The translations under genes and the position numbers were made by a program. From positions 350,216-414,215 of the forward strand of contig CBDDPH010000002.1 of assembly GCA_965232265.1 (NCBI GenBank): a stretch of 64,000 bases of DNA. The letters run 5' to 3'. This stretch comes from Candidatus Latescibacterota bacterium. GTDB lineage: Bacteria > Latescibacterota > UBA2968. Positions 8,339 to 18,872 of the stretch are shown one piece after another. The notes beneath the pieces are model-generated. The model ran no database searches. It saw nothing but the letters and a program-made list of their open reading frames with translations, and was not told the origin of the DNA. Position 1 is the stretch's first letter, and every line of letters begins with the position of its first letter.

Positions 8339-10162
8339 ATGCGTTTGCACTGGAAATGGATGCTCGCCTGTCTCTCTGTACTGCTCCTGGTACTGGCATC
8401 TGTATTTATATATCTGGATCACGCCATACGCGACTTTTGGGTTTATCATCTCGAACAGAGACTTTTGCGCGAGGTGCGTTTTGCCCGCGTGCATCTCAGC
8501 GAAGTGGCAAATACCGATGAAGTACTCGTCCCGCTCGTCAACGAAGTGGGATTGCGTTTGGGCGTGCGTGCAACGCTGATCAACGGTCAAGGCCGCGTAT
8601 TGGCCGATTCGGAAACCGACCTTTATGATCTGGGTGCTCTGGAAAATCACGCCGATCATCCAGAAATCAGCGCCGCACGTCAACAGGGGCGGGGAAGCAG
8701 CTTGCGTTATAGCAATACGCGGGATACCGAAATATTGTATGTCGCAACGACAGTACCGGAAATTGGCGATGGGCATTATGTCCTGAGATTGGCCCTGCCC
8801 CTGCGCGATATGGGGCGGATAAAACAACTGATTTTACAGGCGATATGGATCGTATCGATACTGGGATTATGCCTCGCCCTGTTATTGGCTTATGCCACCT
8901 CGCGGTATATCTCGCGCCCCATTTTGGACGCCATCTGGTTCGTCAAAAACATTGCTTCGGGAAGATTAAAACACCGCTCACTCCGCGTTGGATCCACGCG
9001 AGAATTGCGCGAACTGGGCACGGCATTAGACAACATGCGCCGGCAGGTCCAGACGCACATCGGACAAATCACACTTGAAAAATCGCGTTTAGAAGCCGTC
9101 TTGACGAGCATTACAGAAGCCATTCTGGTCACGGACCAAAGTGGTCGCATCCTGATGGGCAATCAGACCTTTGAAAAGCTATTTGGGGTGTCTGAAGCCA
9201 TGGAAGGGCGCATGCCTATTGAGCTTGTGCGCCATTGGAATGTGCAAAATGCAATTGATCAAACCCTGAAAACCGGAGAAGCGGTATTTTTAGATCTCAC
9301 CCGCTCAGACGACCGAGAACGCCATTTCGATGTGCAGATTGCACCTATTTTGCAAGACGATCATATCGCGGGTTCTGTAAGTATTTTTTACGACATCACG
9401 GAACTGCGCCGCCTGGAGCGCATTCGAAAAGATTTTGTCGCCAATGTTTCCCATGAATTGCGCACCCCGCTCACGACCATTAAAGGATGTGCCGCCACGC
9501 TGGCAGACGGTGCCTTAGGCGACCAGGAAGCCTCACAGCGATTCGTGCAAATGATCAACACCCATGCGGATCGCCTGCACAATCTGGTCGAAAATATTCT
9601 GGATCTGTCGCGTATCGAATCGGGTGCTCTGCCCCTTGAGACCGGCGTTTATACCGTACTTGAGATAGTCAATTCCGCCGTTGGACAAATACGCCCACTG
9701 GCAAAAGAGAAAACCCTTACCATCGAGATAGACATAAAAGAAAACGTGCAGGTGCAGTGCGATCGCAAGCTCATCGAACAGGCATTGCTCAATCTGCTCG
9801 ACAACGCCGTAAAATACACGCCTGAAGAAGGTAAAATCTGGATTCAGACGCGGGATTTCAAGCCTGTGGAAAATGATCGAGAAAGCCGTCGCAATAGACC
9901 TGAGGAAATTGAAAATCAGACCCGCACGCGTCGCATTGCACTTGAAGTAAAGGACACGGGTATTGGGGTACCGCTTTCAGATATGGATCGCATTTTTGAG
10001 CGATTTTATCGGGTCGATAAAGGGCGGTCGCGGGCAATGGGCGGGACGGGCCTGGGCTTGTCAATTGTTCGGCACATCATGGATGCACACGGCGAGCGGG
10101 TTTATGTCGAAAGCGAACAGGGCAAGGGATCGACATTTGGACTGACATTGCCGAGGGCATAA
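8339..10162 (+). CDS. phoR: sensor histidine kinase, PhoR-like (TM-HAMP-PAS-HisKA-HATPase)
   Basis: RKDFVANVSHELRTPLT H-box, NLLDNAVKY, DTGIG, RIFERFYRVDKGRSR..GGTGLGL; ATG 8339 directly after the phoB stop. Confidence 0.8.
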   Translation: MRLHWKWMLACLSVLLLVLASVFIYLDHAIRDFWVYHLEQRLLREVRFARVHLSEVANTDEVLVPLVNEVGLRLGVRATLINGQGRVLADSETDLYDLGALENHADHPEISAARQQGRGSSLRYSNTRDTEILYVATTVPEIGDGHYVLRLALPLRDMGRIKQLILQAIWIVSILGLCLALLLAYATSRYISRPILDAIWFVKNIASGRLKHRSLRVGSTRELRELGTALDNMRRQVQTHIGQITLEKSRLEAVLTSITEAILVTDQSGRILMGNQTFEKLFGVSEAMEGRMPIELVRHWNVQNAIDQTLKTGEAVFLDLTRSDDRERHFDVQIAPILQDDHIAGSVSIFYDITELRRLERIRKDFVANVSHELRTPLTTIKGCAATLADGALGDQEASQRFVQMINTHADRLHNLVENILDLSRIESGALPLETGVYTVLEIVNSAVGQIRPLAKEKTLTIEIDIKENVQVQCDRKLIEQALLNLLDNAVKYTPEEGKIWIQTRDFKPVENDRESRRNRPEEIENQTRTRRIALEVKDTGIGVPLSDMDRIFERFYRVDKGRSRAMGGTGLGLSIVRHIMDAHGERVYVESEQGKGSTFGLTLPRA

Positions 10163-10194
10163 AAAAAGGGTCGCGTTAAATAACGCGACCCCTT
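10161..10194 (-). terminator. intrinsic terminator between phoR and tRNA-Pro
   Basis: gggtcgcgtta-aa-taacgcgaccc hairpin next to an A7 tract (U-tract on the minus strand). Confidence 0.7.
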
Positions 10195-10202
10195 AAATCT
10201 AT

Positions 10203-10279
10203 TGGTCGGGGCGAGAGGATTTGAACCTCCGGCCTCCTGCTCCCGAAGCAGGCGCTCTACCGGGCTGAGCCACGCCCCG
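10203..10279 (-). tRNA. tRNA-Pro(CGG)
   Basis: reverse complement CGGGGCG TGGCTCAGCCCGGTAGAGC..CCTGC-TTCGGGA-GCAGG..GGTTCAAATCC..CGCCCCG ACCA; 77 nt, encoded CCA. Confidence 0.95.
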
Positions 10280-10332
10280 TTTGCTATTTGTCTAAAAAAT
10301 ACCACAATTTCATTCTTGGGCAAGAAAAAGAT

Positions 10333-10677
10333 TCACTCCGCCTGAAATGCCGCAACAGCCTCATCTACGGAATCGTGCAGATCGAAAATTTTAATCAACT
10401 GCGTCTGTACAAAAACACTGATCACATGATCGTGGGCATTGGCGAGTTTCAAATCGCCATTGGCCTGGCGCAAACGCTGCAAAAGTGCGGTCAAAACCCC
10501 AAATGCCATGCTGTTTAACCACCGCACCTGTCCCAAATCCAAAACCACTTTCATCCCATTATTCTCTTCGAGAAATTCAGTTACATAATCGGCCAACTCC
10601 GACATCTCGCGGTCCGTCACCTGACCGTCGAGCTTTATAACGCGGATATTTCCCTGCATAGTTTCTTCAAAAGCCAT
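10333..10677 (-). CDS. STAS-domain anti-sigma factor antagonist
   Basis: VVLDLGQVRWLNSMAFGVL (phosphorylatable Ser), GDLKLAN; ATG 10677 after an AGGAAGGG RBS. Confidence 0.85.
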   Translation of the reverse strand: MAFEETMQGNIRVIKLDGQVTDREMSELADYVTEFLEENNGMKVVLDLGQVRWLNSMAFGVLTALLQRLRQANGDLKLANAHDHVISVFVQTQLIKIFDLHDSVDEAVAAFQAE

Positions 10678-10690
10678 CTTGTTTCCCTTC

Positions 10691-13585
10691 CTATTTGTGA
10701 ACCAAATCTCCTTGCGCCTCGAGCGCGGCTGCAAGAGATTCCACACGCGCTCTCAAATCTGCCACAAAGCACTCAGCACCTGACCAATTTTCATCCTTTG
10801 CCAACTCTTCAATTGTCGCGGCAACCTCCCTCATATTATCAGCGTAAAACAATTCGGCATTTTCTTTTAATTCACGCGCCCCCTGGCGAAGCGTTTCTGT
10901 GTCGTCAAGAAGGCTTAACAAATCGCCCCTCGTTTGTAGAAACATCTCGGATAGCCGCACGAGAAGCACCTCATCCCCGCCAACATGTTGCAATGACGCC
11001 TCCCAGTTGAGTGCCTGCTGCCCGGCGGGCCCCGTCGCTTCTATCGCATCGTAAAGGAGGCGAGATCGAAGCGGCTTGGCTACAAATCCATCCATACCAG
11101 CCGCTATGCAAAGCTCGCGGTCGCCCTTCATCACATCGGCCGTCATCGCAACAATTCGAATATGCCCTCCCGATTCCTTCTCGCGCTTGCGAATTTCTTT
11201 GGTGGCTTCAAGCCCATCCATTTCGGGCATTTGTACATCCATCAACACCAGATCAAAGGAATCGTCTTTGTCAAGTGCTTCCAGAGCCTCCACACCATTA
11301 TTTGCCACAACGACTGTGTGACCGCGCTGGTGCAGCATATCAATGGCAACGCGCTGGTTGACCAGACCGTCTTCGGCCAATAAAATGCACAGAGATTTTT
11401 GCGTCTTCTCAGTTATAACATCATCTGTCCCCAAAGCATCTGGTGCAGATTCCTCAAATATGTCAGCAATCAAATTAAAAAGATCGGATTGCTTGATGGG
11501 TTTGGACAGGTGCCCGGCCAGCATTTCGCTGGTAGAAGCCACCTCTGGACGACCAGCAGAAGTCAACACCACCACGCGCGTGTATTTTAGCGTTGCGTCA
11601 GCGGCAATCTGCCTTGCGAGCGCGTAACCGTCCATAACGGGCATTTCCGCGTCGAGCAGAACCAGTGGATATGGACTACCCGCCCGTTGTGCGCGCAACA
11701 ACTCTTCCAATGCTATCTGACCATTCTCAGCCAGAGCGGGTTTCAAACCATGGCAGGACAACATCTCCTCAAAAATCACCCGATTGGTATTGTTATCGTC
11801 AACGACCAATACCGGCATGCCGTGCAGTGTATCGGGCAAAACATCTCGGTACGACACACCGTTGGTACGACGCGAAAAACGGGCTTCAAAAAAGAAAATA
11901 CTCCCCTTGTCCGGCTTGCTTTTCACATCGAGTTTTCCACCCATCAGCTCGACCAATTGGGCGGAAATCGTCAAACCAAGCCCCGTGCCGCCATATTGCC
12001 GTGTCATTGAACTGTCGGCCTGATCAAAAGCGCTGAATATCTGTTGTTGCACCTGTCGTGGAATACCAATACCCGTATCGCGCACCTCAAATCGCAATTT
12101 TGCGTCCTCCTCGCGCACCACTACCAGGTCAACATCGATATCCACAGCCCCATGATCTGTAAACTTGATGGCATTGCCCACCAGATTGACGACGACCTGT
12201 CTCAGGCGAATGGGATCGCCTATCAAGTCGTCGGGGACCTCTGGCGCAATCCGATAGGTCAACTCAAGCCCCTTCTCACTCGCCCGAACAGCCAGTGTTT
12301 GCAACGTATCGCCAAGCGTATCTCTCAGCGCGAACGGAATGCTTTCCAATTCGAGCTTGCCGGCTTCCACCTTGGACAGGTCGAGAATATCGTTGAGCAA
12401 CACGAGCAACGTATCTGCCGAATTATAAGCGAGATCGGCGTATTCCTTTTGCCGCGCCGTCAACTCGGTATTGCCCAGCAACTCGATCATCCCCATAATC
12501 CCGTTCATCGGCGTGCGAATCTCGTGGCTCATATTAGCCAAAAATTGGCTCTTGGCCTGATTGGCTGCTTCGGCTGCTATACGGGCATTTTCAAGCTCTT
12601 TGTTCTGCGCCTCAAGGCGCTCGAGGTCGTCTAAACGGGTAATACCCATCGAGACCTGTTCTGCAATACTCTCCAAAAACAAAACCTCGGCCTCTGAAAA
12701 AGCAGAGACCGCATCACTCATCAAAGCCATTGTGCCCCGCGCATGGGGAATATCGAGAATACACCGCACCTCAACCCCGTATCGCGCAGCGATCCCCTTG
12801 AAACCTACCTCTGTCAACCCGCCCATATTTTTTACCAGATTCTCGCGGTAAATTGTCTTTTGCTGTTGCCACATGCGATAAACATTCGGTATCTGGCGCA
12901 CCATGCGATGGATCTGCCCCGAAGGCATCACCTCGTGCGTTTCAAAAGTATGCGTTTCGGGATCGAGCAATCGATGAACGGCAATGGCGACAACGGAGAC
13001 ATCGAGCGTCAGCAACTGTTCTCTACACACGCGAACAACCACCTCGAGATGCTCTGGCCGCGTCATCTGTTGCACGGCGCGACTGACCTGTATGAGCGCG
13101 TTCTGAAAAGTCACCTGCTCGCCGAGCGCACCTTCTGCCCGCTTTTGTCCGGTAATATCGGCCACTGCACCAATCATGCGAACCGGCACTTCTTCACCCG
13201 CATCAAAAAATACTTTGGCTTTGCTGCTGACCCATCTCACCTCGCCATTGGCATGCACAATTCTATATTCGGTATCATAAGGCGCACGGCCTTCAAGGGC
13301 TTGTCTGACCTCCTTCTGGGCGCGATCGCGATCATCCGGATGAACACACGCCAACCACTCGGCCTCAGAGACCATCGTATCCCGTGGGGGAAAACTAAAA
13401 AGTTCGAAATACCGGTCTGTACACACGGCACTATCGTTTTGGATATCCCAATCAAACAGACCAATCCCACCGGCTTCAAGCGCGTGTGTTAGACGCTCCT
13501 CACTCCGCTGCAAGGCGTCTAACGCATCCCGAATCTGTTGAAATCCACCCGTAGAATCAATCGTATGTGTATTGCGTTTACCCAT
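10691..13585 (-). CDS. cytoplasmic hybrid histidine kinase (PAS-GAF-like-HisKA-HATPase-REC-REC-degenerate HPt)
   Basis: VHPDDR PAS/PAC; FLANMSHEIRTPMNG; NLVGNAIKFT; DTGIG; GGTGLGL; two receivers (LLDAEMP, LMDVQMP); HPt-like tail ARELKE. Confidence 0.9.
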   Translation of the reverse strand: MGKRNTHTIDSTGGFQQIRDALDALQRSEERLTHALEAGGIGLFDWDIQNDSAVCTDRYFELFSFPPRDTMVSEAEWLACVHPDDRDRAQKEVRQALEGRAPYDTEYRIVHANGEVRWVSSKAKVFFDAGEEVPVRMIGAVADITGQKRAEGALGEQVTFQNALIQVSRAVQQMTRPEHLEVVVRVCREQLLTLDVSVVAIAVHRLLDPETHTFETHEVMPSGQIHRMVRQIPNVYRMWQQQKTIYRENLVKNMGGLTEVGFKGIAARYGVEVRCILDIPHARGTMALMSDAVSAFSEAEVLFLESIAEQVSMGITRLDDLERLEAQNKELENARIAAEAANQAKSQFLANMSHEIRTPMNGIMGMIELLGNTELTARQKEYADLAYNSADTLLVLLNDILDLSKVEAGKLELESIPFALRDTLGDTLQTLAVRASEKGLELTYRIAPEVPDDLIGDPIRLRQVVVNLVGNAIKFTDHGAVDIDVDLVVVREEDAKLRFEVRDTGIGIPRQVQQQIFSAFDQADSSMTRQYGGTGLGLTISAQLVELMGGKLDVKSKPDKGSIFFFEARFSRRTNGVSYRDVLPDTLHGMPVLVVDDNNTNRVIFEEMLSCHGLKPALAENGQIALEELLRAQRAGSPYPLVLLDAEMPVMDGYALARQIAADATLKYTRVVVLTSAGRPEVASTSEMLAGHLSKPIKQSDLFNLIADIFEESAPDALGTDDVITEKTQKSLCILLAEDGLVNQRVAIDMLHQRGHTVVVANNGVEALEALDKDDSFDLVLMDVQMPEMDGLEATKEIRKREKESGGHIRIVAMTADVMKGDRELCIAAGMDGFVAKPLRSRLLYDAIEATGPAGQQALNWEASLQHVGGDEVLLVRLSEMFLQTRGDLLSLLDDTETLRQGARELKENAELFYADNMREVAATIEELAKDENWSGAECFVADLRARVESLAAALEAQGDLVHK

Positions 13586-13594
13586 GGTAAAATT

Positions 13595-13834
13595 TTATTC
13601 CACCTCTGTACCCCGGGGCGTTACTTGTTCTACCGGGTCTCCGCCCGGAATAGATTCAAAGAGAAAATTCATTTCTTTCAAGCCGTAAATCACAATGACC
13701 AGAACAATCACAATGGCAATGACAATAAACCCATTTCTCAAATTATTCCCTTCTTCAAAACGACGGAGAATGCTGCTGAACTTTTGTCTTTCTGCCTGTT
13801 CCTTGTGGATACGGTCCAAATCTTTGAGATCCAT
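13595..13834 (-). CDS. small single-pass membrane protein
   Basis: AGGAGG RBS before ATG 13834; hydrophobic FIVIAIVIVLVIVIYGL. Confidence 0.65.
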   Translation of the reverse strand: MDLKDLDRIHKEQAERQKFSSILRRFEEGNNLRNGFIVIAIVIVLVIVIYGLKEMNFLFESIPGGDPVEQVTPRGTEVE

Positions 13835-14106
13835 AAACACCTCCTGATACCAGTCGGAATAGCGATTGTGGAGAATCATTTCACCATTAAGATTGCAAAC
13901 ACCCAAACAGAAGTCAATCAAAAATCTACTTCTCCGCTGCGAATAGACGAATATGCGAATAGACGAACCCCGCTCCGCTGATTCGTCTGCTTCTCCACAA
14001 CCTCAAACAATTATGGTTGACATAAACCGCCAATCCGTTGTACCTATTATGTCGTGGTTTTCTTATGCGTTACCTGCCTGCGGATACATTCCCGGAGTCG
14101 GATTCG

Positions 14107-14811
14107 ATGGCCCATCTCCCAACTTCTTGTGACGCGCTCATTATCGACCGCAACCCCATCCATCGCCACCTGCTCTACGCGCTTCTCGAGCAAAAGGGCT
14201 ATGAGGTCGTGGCGGTGTCCGAACCACCCGAGCAAGCCATATCTCATCGTTTCACAATGATCGACATAGATGAGTGTGAAAATATTGAACAACAAATTGC
14301 GCGGGCGCAATCGGACCTGCCCGTTATTGGTCTCGTATCACACAAAAAACACGATCACCCCTGTCTCAGTGCAGGTGTCACAGCAACGCTAATCCGTCCT
14401 GTCCGCGCAGACCAGCTCATAGCCATCCTGCAAAATCTGAATATACAGCCCCAAAACGCCGCTTTCCAAACACCTTCTATTGACATTGATGGTATCATGA
14501 CACGGGTAAGTGGAAGAAAGCAAATTCTCAAAAAAATGGTAGATATCTTCCTGGAAGAATTACCCGACCAGATCGCCGCATTGCACCGGGCAATTGACCA
14601 GCAATCGCCCGAAGACCTGCGACAGGCAGCCCACGCGCTGAAGGGTTCCGTGGCCAATTTTGACGCCAACGCAGCATACCAAACAGCTTTCGCACTCGAG
14701 CAGATGGGCAAATCGAACAACCTGAGCCAGGCCTCCGCAACCTGTCAAACGCTCGAACGCGAATTATCCACTGTACAAAAAGCACTCAAAGAACTCACCT
14801 CTTCCCCTTAA
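14107..14811 (+). CDS. pseudo-receiver + HPt domain protein
   Basis: degenerate REC (IIDRNP, MIDID, IRP) followed by HPt AAHALKGSVANF; start uncertain (14065 or 14107). Confidence 0.75.
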   Translation: MAHLPTSCDALIIDRNPIHRHLLYALLEQKGYEVVAVSEPPEQAISHRFTMIDIDECENIEQQIARAQSDLPVIGLVSHKKHDHPCLSAGVTATLIRPVRADQLIAILQNLNIQPQNAAFQTPSIDIDGIMTRVSGRKQILKKMVDIFLEELPDQIAALHRAIDQQSPEDLRQAAHALKGSVANFDANAAYQTAFALEQMGKSNNLSQASATCQTLERELSTVQKALKELTSSP

Positions 14812-14825
14812 ACCGAGCGCCAGAC

Positions 14826-15677
14826 ATGTCCAAAATACTGATTGCCGAAGACGATGGCCCAACCAGAGTGCTGGTAGAAGCCATACTCGAAGACGCCGGG
14901 TACACAACAGAAACTGTTACCGATGGAAAAAAGGCTTATGACCGAATCGCCACAACGCCATTCGACTTGCTCCTTACAGATATATGGATGCCCGGACTCA
15001 ACGGTTTGGAATTGTTGTCAAAAGTAAAAACCCTGCCCTCACCGCCGCCAGTCATTGTCATGACCTCCGATGACACCTCAGACACCCTCCTCAAAGCAAT
15101 CCGTGAACAGGCATATCACTATATTCCAAAACCCATAGATCCCCAGGAATTGACACGCCTCGTCCAAGATGGCCTCAGTGCAAGCCCCCAGGAAACAATT
15201 ATCGAAGTGACATCGGCAACCCCAAACTGGGTTGAACTTCTGGTGCCCTGCGATCAAAAATCAGCGGGACGGATGCGCAATTTCGTGATGCAACTGGAAG
15301 CCGACTTGCCCGAAGATCTCCGCGAAACCATAGCGATGTCATTCTACGAACTCCTCGCCAATGCCATTGAATGGGGCGGAAAGCTCGACCCGAGCAAAAA
15401 GGTCCGAATCGCATTTCTCCACTTTGAACGCATGCTCATGTTCCGCATCGCAGACCCCGGATCGGGCTTTGACATGGATGAACTCGAACACGCGGCTCTC
15501 AACAACCCCGATGATCCCATCGCCCACATGAGCGTCAGAGAAAACCAGGGGTTGCGTCCGGGCGGCTTTGGCCTGTTAATGGTCAAAACCAGCGCAGACG
15601 AATTGATCTACAACGAAGCGCGCAATGAAGTGGTCTTCGTCAAATACCTCGACCTCCCAAAAGACACCAACAGATAA
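14826..15677 (+). CDS. response regulator with RsbW/SpoIIAB-like anti-sigma kinase (HATPase_c) output
   Basis: REC (IAEDD, TDIWMP, IPKP) plus ELLANAIEWG, IADPGSGFD, GGFGL. Confidence 0.85.
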   Translation: MSKILIAEDDGPTRVLVEAILEDAGYTTETVTDGKKAYDRIATTPFDLLLTDIWMPGLNGLELLSKVKTLPSPPPVIVMTSDDTSDTLLKAIREQAYHYIPKPIDPQELTRLVQDGLSASPQETIIEVTSATPNWVELLVPCDQKSAGRMRNFVMQLEADLPEDLRETIAMSFYELLANAIEWGGKLDPSKKVRIAFLHFERMLMFRIADPGSGFDMDELEHAALNNPDDPIAHMSVRENQGLRPGGFGLLMVKTSADELIYNEARNEVVFVKYLDLPKDTNR

Positions 15678-15689
15678 CAACAAAAAGCA

Positions 15690-15722
15690 AAAGGGCCGCA
15701 CATTGAGATGCACAGCCCTTTT
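15690..15722. terminator. probable bidirectional terminator
   Basis: aaagggc..gcccttt imperfect hairpin with A/T tracts between convergent genes. Confidence 0.5.
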
Positions 15723-15747
15723 GTCTTTTGTACGGAGCGTTAAACCT

Positions 15748-16938
15748 CTATCCCTCCTCGCCTACAAGACCACAATAATCAACCGCAGCCAATGCGTACA
15801 CTTGCGCGGCCTTCTCCAACCGATCCACCTCTACCCACTCCACATCTGCGTGTGCCGTCTCATTCGAAGGTCCATAGTAAAAGGTCTGCACTCCCGTCCC
15901 ATGCACGTATAAATTGGCATCCCCCACAATCCGCATCCCCACCAGCTCTGCATCTTGGCCCGTCACCTGTGTATGCGCTCGGGCAACCGCCTGCACTGCC
16001 GCATCGTCAGCACGGGTATCGAAAGGCTCGCGCTCGTGCGCCATCTCAACCCGCAAGCGCAACGCTCCGGCCTCGGCAAATGGCCGCGCCAGGTCTTCCA
16101 GCTCCGTCAAAACCTGTGGCGCAGTGCGCCCCGGCGACCAGCGTCGGGTCCCGGTCAACGTGCAACACAAAGGCGTGCGATTAAAATAGTCGCCCCCGGT
16201 GACCATGCCCAGATCAATCCGCTCTGCACCGGCAAGCGCGTGGACCGATCCGTTGTCGAGTTCGAGCTGATATTGGTGGATCCGCTCAATAAGCGCACCC
16301 ACAAAACGGATCGGATTCTCCGCAAAAGGCACGTACTGCGTGTGCTTGCCGCCAGCATCCGATTCGAGCGTAATGGTAAAAACCATTGACCCCATGCTCA
16401 TCACCCACAGCGCGTCCCGGCCCTCGACAATCAAAATCCGGTCTCCGCCAATCCTGCCGCTATTGCGATCGGCAATCAGCGCCCACGGCCCGTCCTTTTG
16501 TGCCTCTATCTCCTCGTGTCCCACAACTGCCGTCAGCCACAAATCGCCCTGCAACGCCACGCCACTTTCCATGAGTGCCTTGACCGCACCCAAAGCCGCA
16601 GCCATCCCCCCCTTCATATCGGTCGCCCCCCGTCCGTACACGCGGTTGCCCTCGCGACGAGCGGGCGGACAGTCCCCCACGGGAATCGTATCGAGATGCC
16701 CATTGAGCATCAGAGAGGGGCCATCCCCCTTCCCCGCGATACGCGCATAGAGATTATTCCGCCCCGGCGTGACCTCCCGCACATCCACTTCCAACCCAAC
16801 CCCGCGCATCATATCGCAATATGCGCGGCAGACTTCGGCTTCGTCCATCGTAACACTGTATATATCGACCAATTCCAGCGTCCGTTCCGCCACCCATTCC
16901 CGGTCAATAGCCGCTATGAGATCTCGTGTCTGCATCAC
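15748..16938 (-). CDS. M20 family metallopeptidase/deacylase (ArgE/DapE-like)
   Basis: LNGHLDT, GRGATDMKGG, GHEE, AHADVE. Confidence 0.85.
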   Translation of the reverse strand: MMQTRDLIAAIDREWVAERTLELVDIYSVTMDEAEVCRAYCDMMRGVGLEVDVREVTPGRNNLYARIAGKGDGPSLMLNGHLDTIPVGDCPPARREGNRVYGRGATDMKGGMAAALGAVKALMESGVALQGDLWLTAVVGHEEIEAQKDGPWALIADRNSGRIGGDRILIVEGRDALWVMSMGSMVFTITLESDAGGKHTQYVPFAENPIRFVGALIERIHQYQLELDNGSVHALAGAERIDLGMVTGGDYFNRTPLCCTLTGTRRWSPGRTAPQVLTELEDLARPFAEAGALRLRVEMAHEREPFDTRADDAAVQAVARAHTQVTGQDAELVGMRIVGDANLYVHGTGVQTFYYGPSNETAHADVEWVEVDRLEKAAQVYALAAVDYCGLVGEEG

Positions 16939-17832
16939 CTAATCATCCCGCCCGGGGAAAGTCAACTCGGCAACACCCGATTTGTCCAGATCGCCCTTGC
17001 CCTTCTCCTTCAAAAGCTCAAACTGCGCTTTTGTCGCCTCTGCCAATGGCAGATTGACACCCGCGTCATAAGCGAGCGAAAGCGCAATCCCCGAATCTTT
17101 CGCCGCATGATCGGCGGAAAAATAACACTCGTGGTCGCGGATGACCATATCTTCCCCATCGGTCTCCAGCACGCGGGAATTTGCCCCCGTTTGTGAAAAC
17201 ACCTCCATGAGCATATTCAAATCCAAACCGAGCGCGGCACCCAACCCCAGCCCCTCTGCCAGACCAGCGGTATTGATATTCATAACCATATTGACGAGTG
17301 CCTTGACCTGCGCGGCCTGCCCCGCTTCGCCGATATAGATCAAATTTGTACTCATAGACTCGAGAATCGGACTCGCCTGGTCAAAAACAGCGCGCTTACC
17401 GCCACACATCAAATAAAGCGTACCCTCACGCGCCTGTGTAATACTACTCGCCATGCACCCCTCCAGACTATTGGCCCCCGCCTGCTCTACAAGACCCTCG
17501 ACATCCACGTGAATCTGTGGCGTAATCGTCGCGCAATTGATAAAAACCTTGCCCTGAGCACCTTGCAACAAACTATCGCCAGACTCGGCATAAATAGTCC
17601 CCATCGCAGCGTCATCTGTCACCACCGTAATGATATAATCCGCAGCAGCCGTCACACCCGCGAGTTCGGTATGTGCCTCACAACCCAACTCACTGGCAAG
17701 CTCCGATGCGACCTCTGCGCGAATATCGTACACCGCCTCGACCGAAAACCCCTCGTCATTGAGATGACGCGCAATATTCGCACCCATTCGACCAACGCCA
17801 ACCACGCCAATTGTGTAATCTGAATTTGCCAT
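16939..17832 (-). CDS. NAD(P)-dependent oxidoreductase, 3-hydroxyisobutyrate dehydrogenase family
   Basis: GVVGVGRMG Rossmann motif, catalytic VKALVN, AAKDSGIA. Confidence 0.85.
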   Translation of the reverse strand: MANSDYTIGVVGVGRMGANIARHLNDEGFSVEAVYDIRAEVASELASELGCEAHTELAGVTAAADYIITVVTDDAAMGTIYAESGDSLLQGAQGKVFINCATITPQIHVDVEGLVEQAGANSLEGCMASSITQAREGTLYLMCGGKRAVFDQASPILESMSTNLIYIGEAGQAAQVKALVNMVMNINTAGLAEGLGLGAALGLDLNMLMEVFSQTGANSRVLETDGEDMVIRDHECYFSADHAAKDSGIALSLAYDAGVNLPLAEATKAQFELLKEKGKGDLDKSGVAELTFPGRDD

Positions 17833-17873
17833 ATCTACCTCGATAGATTAAGGATGAAAAAAATTCTCGTGAT

Positions 17874-17903
17874 AATGTATTTTCCAAAACGCACGCCTGT
17901 CAA
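17874..17903 (-). promoter_or_regulatory. possible sigma70 promoter
   Basis: TTGACA-N18-TACATT on the minus strand upstream of 17832. Confidence 0.3.
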
Positions 17904-17918
17904 GAAAAAATCAGAATC

Positions 17919-18854
17919 TCACGCCCTGCGCCCGGCCAAACGCTCGAGAACGAGCACCAAACCCAGCCCCAAAAGCGCGAGTCCCATTGCCCCCACCACC
18001 TCGCCCGACCACACCTCGGGCAACGCATTCACCTGAACGAGCGGCACCACCTCGCCGTGCCCATTGACCATCGTCTCTATCGTCTCTTTCCACGGCCAGA
18101 TCTTCCTGAGCGACCCCAGCATCAACCCGGTCAACAGCGCAATCGTCAAATTGTGATAATGCCGAAAAAACCAGTTCACAACGCGCGAAAAAGCCATCAG
18201 CCCCACCACTGCACCTGCACCAAACAGTGCAATTGTAAACAGATCTCGCGTATTGATCGCGTTGAGAAGATACGGATATTGCCCCAGCAGAACCAGCACA
18301 AAGGACCCTGAAATACCGGGCAAAATCATCGCGCAAATCGCAACCACAGCAGAACAAAAAATATACGGCGGGCTATGCGGCATTTCAACCGGCACCAACC
18401 CGACCAAAAAATACGCGCACAGCGTTGCCCCAAAAGCACCCAAAAACATTCTCAAATGCCACTGCGGGACGCGCCTTCCCACCGCAAAAACAGATGCCAG
18501 CACCAAACCAAAAAAAAATGACCACAGGAAAACAGGCTCATTATCCAGCAAATAAGTAATCGCGCGCGACAGTGAAAAAAACGCAACGAGAATCCCTACG
18601 ACCAGCGCGCACAAAAAAGGCCATCGCACATAATCGAGCCATTCTCTTATCCGCAACCCCATCAGAAGCCGCGCAGATCGCGCATCAAAAGAACGGATCG
18701 AAAAAATCAGCTCTTCATAAATCCCCGTAATCAGCGCCATGGTGCCCCCCGACACGCCGGGCACAACATCGGCAGCCCCCATGCACACGCCCCTCAGTGC
18801 AATACCGAAATAACTTCTCAAAGACCGCTTTGGCCGGTGCGCCATCTCTTCCAT
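17919..18854 (-). CDS. DUF368 family membrane protein (undecaprenyl-phosphate translocase family)
   Basis: MGAADVVPGVSGGTMA and AMILPGISGS duplicated motifs, LRKIWPW; start trimmed from 19094, which runs through repeats. Confidence 0.85.
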   Translation of the reverse strand: MEEMAHRPKRSLRSYFGIALRGVCMGAADVVPGVSGGTMALITGIYEELIFSIRSFDARSARLLMGLRIREWLDYVRWPFLCALVVGILVAFFSLSRAITYLLDNEPVFLWSFFFGLVLASVFAVGRRVPQWHLRMFLGAFGATLCAYFLVGLVPVEMPHSPPYIFCSAVVAICAMILPGISGSFVLVLLGQYPYLLNAINTRDLFTIALFGAGAVVGLMAFSRVVNWFFRHYHNLTIALLTGLMLGSLRKIWPWKETIETMVNGHGEVVPLVQVNALPEVWSGEVVGAMGLALLGLGLVLVLERLAGRRA

Positions 18855-18872
18855 TTTACACCCTCTCTTTTT

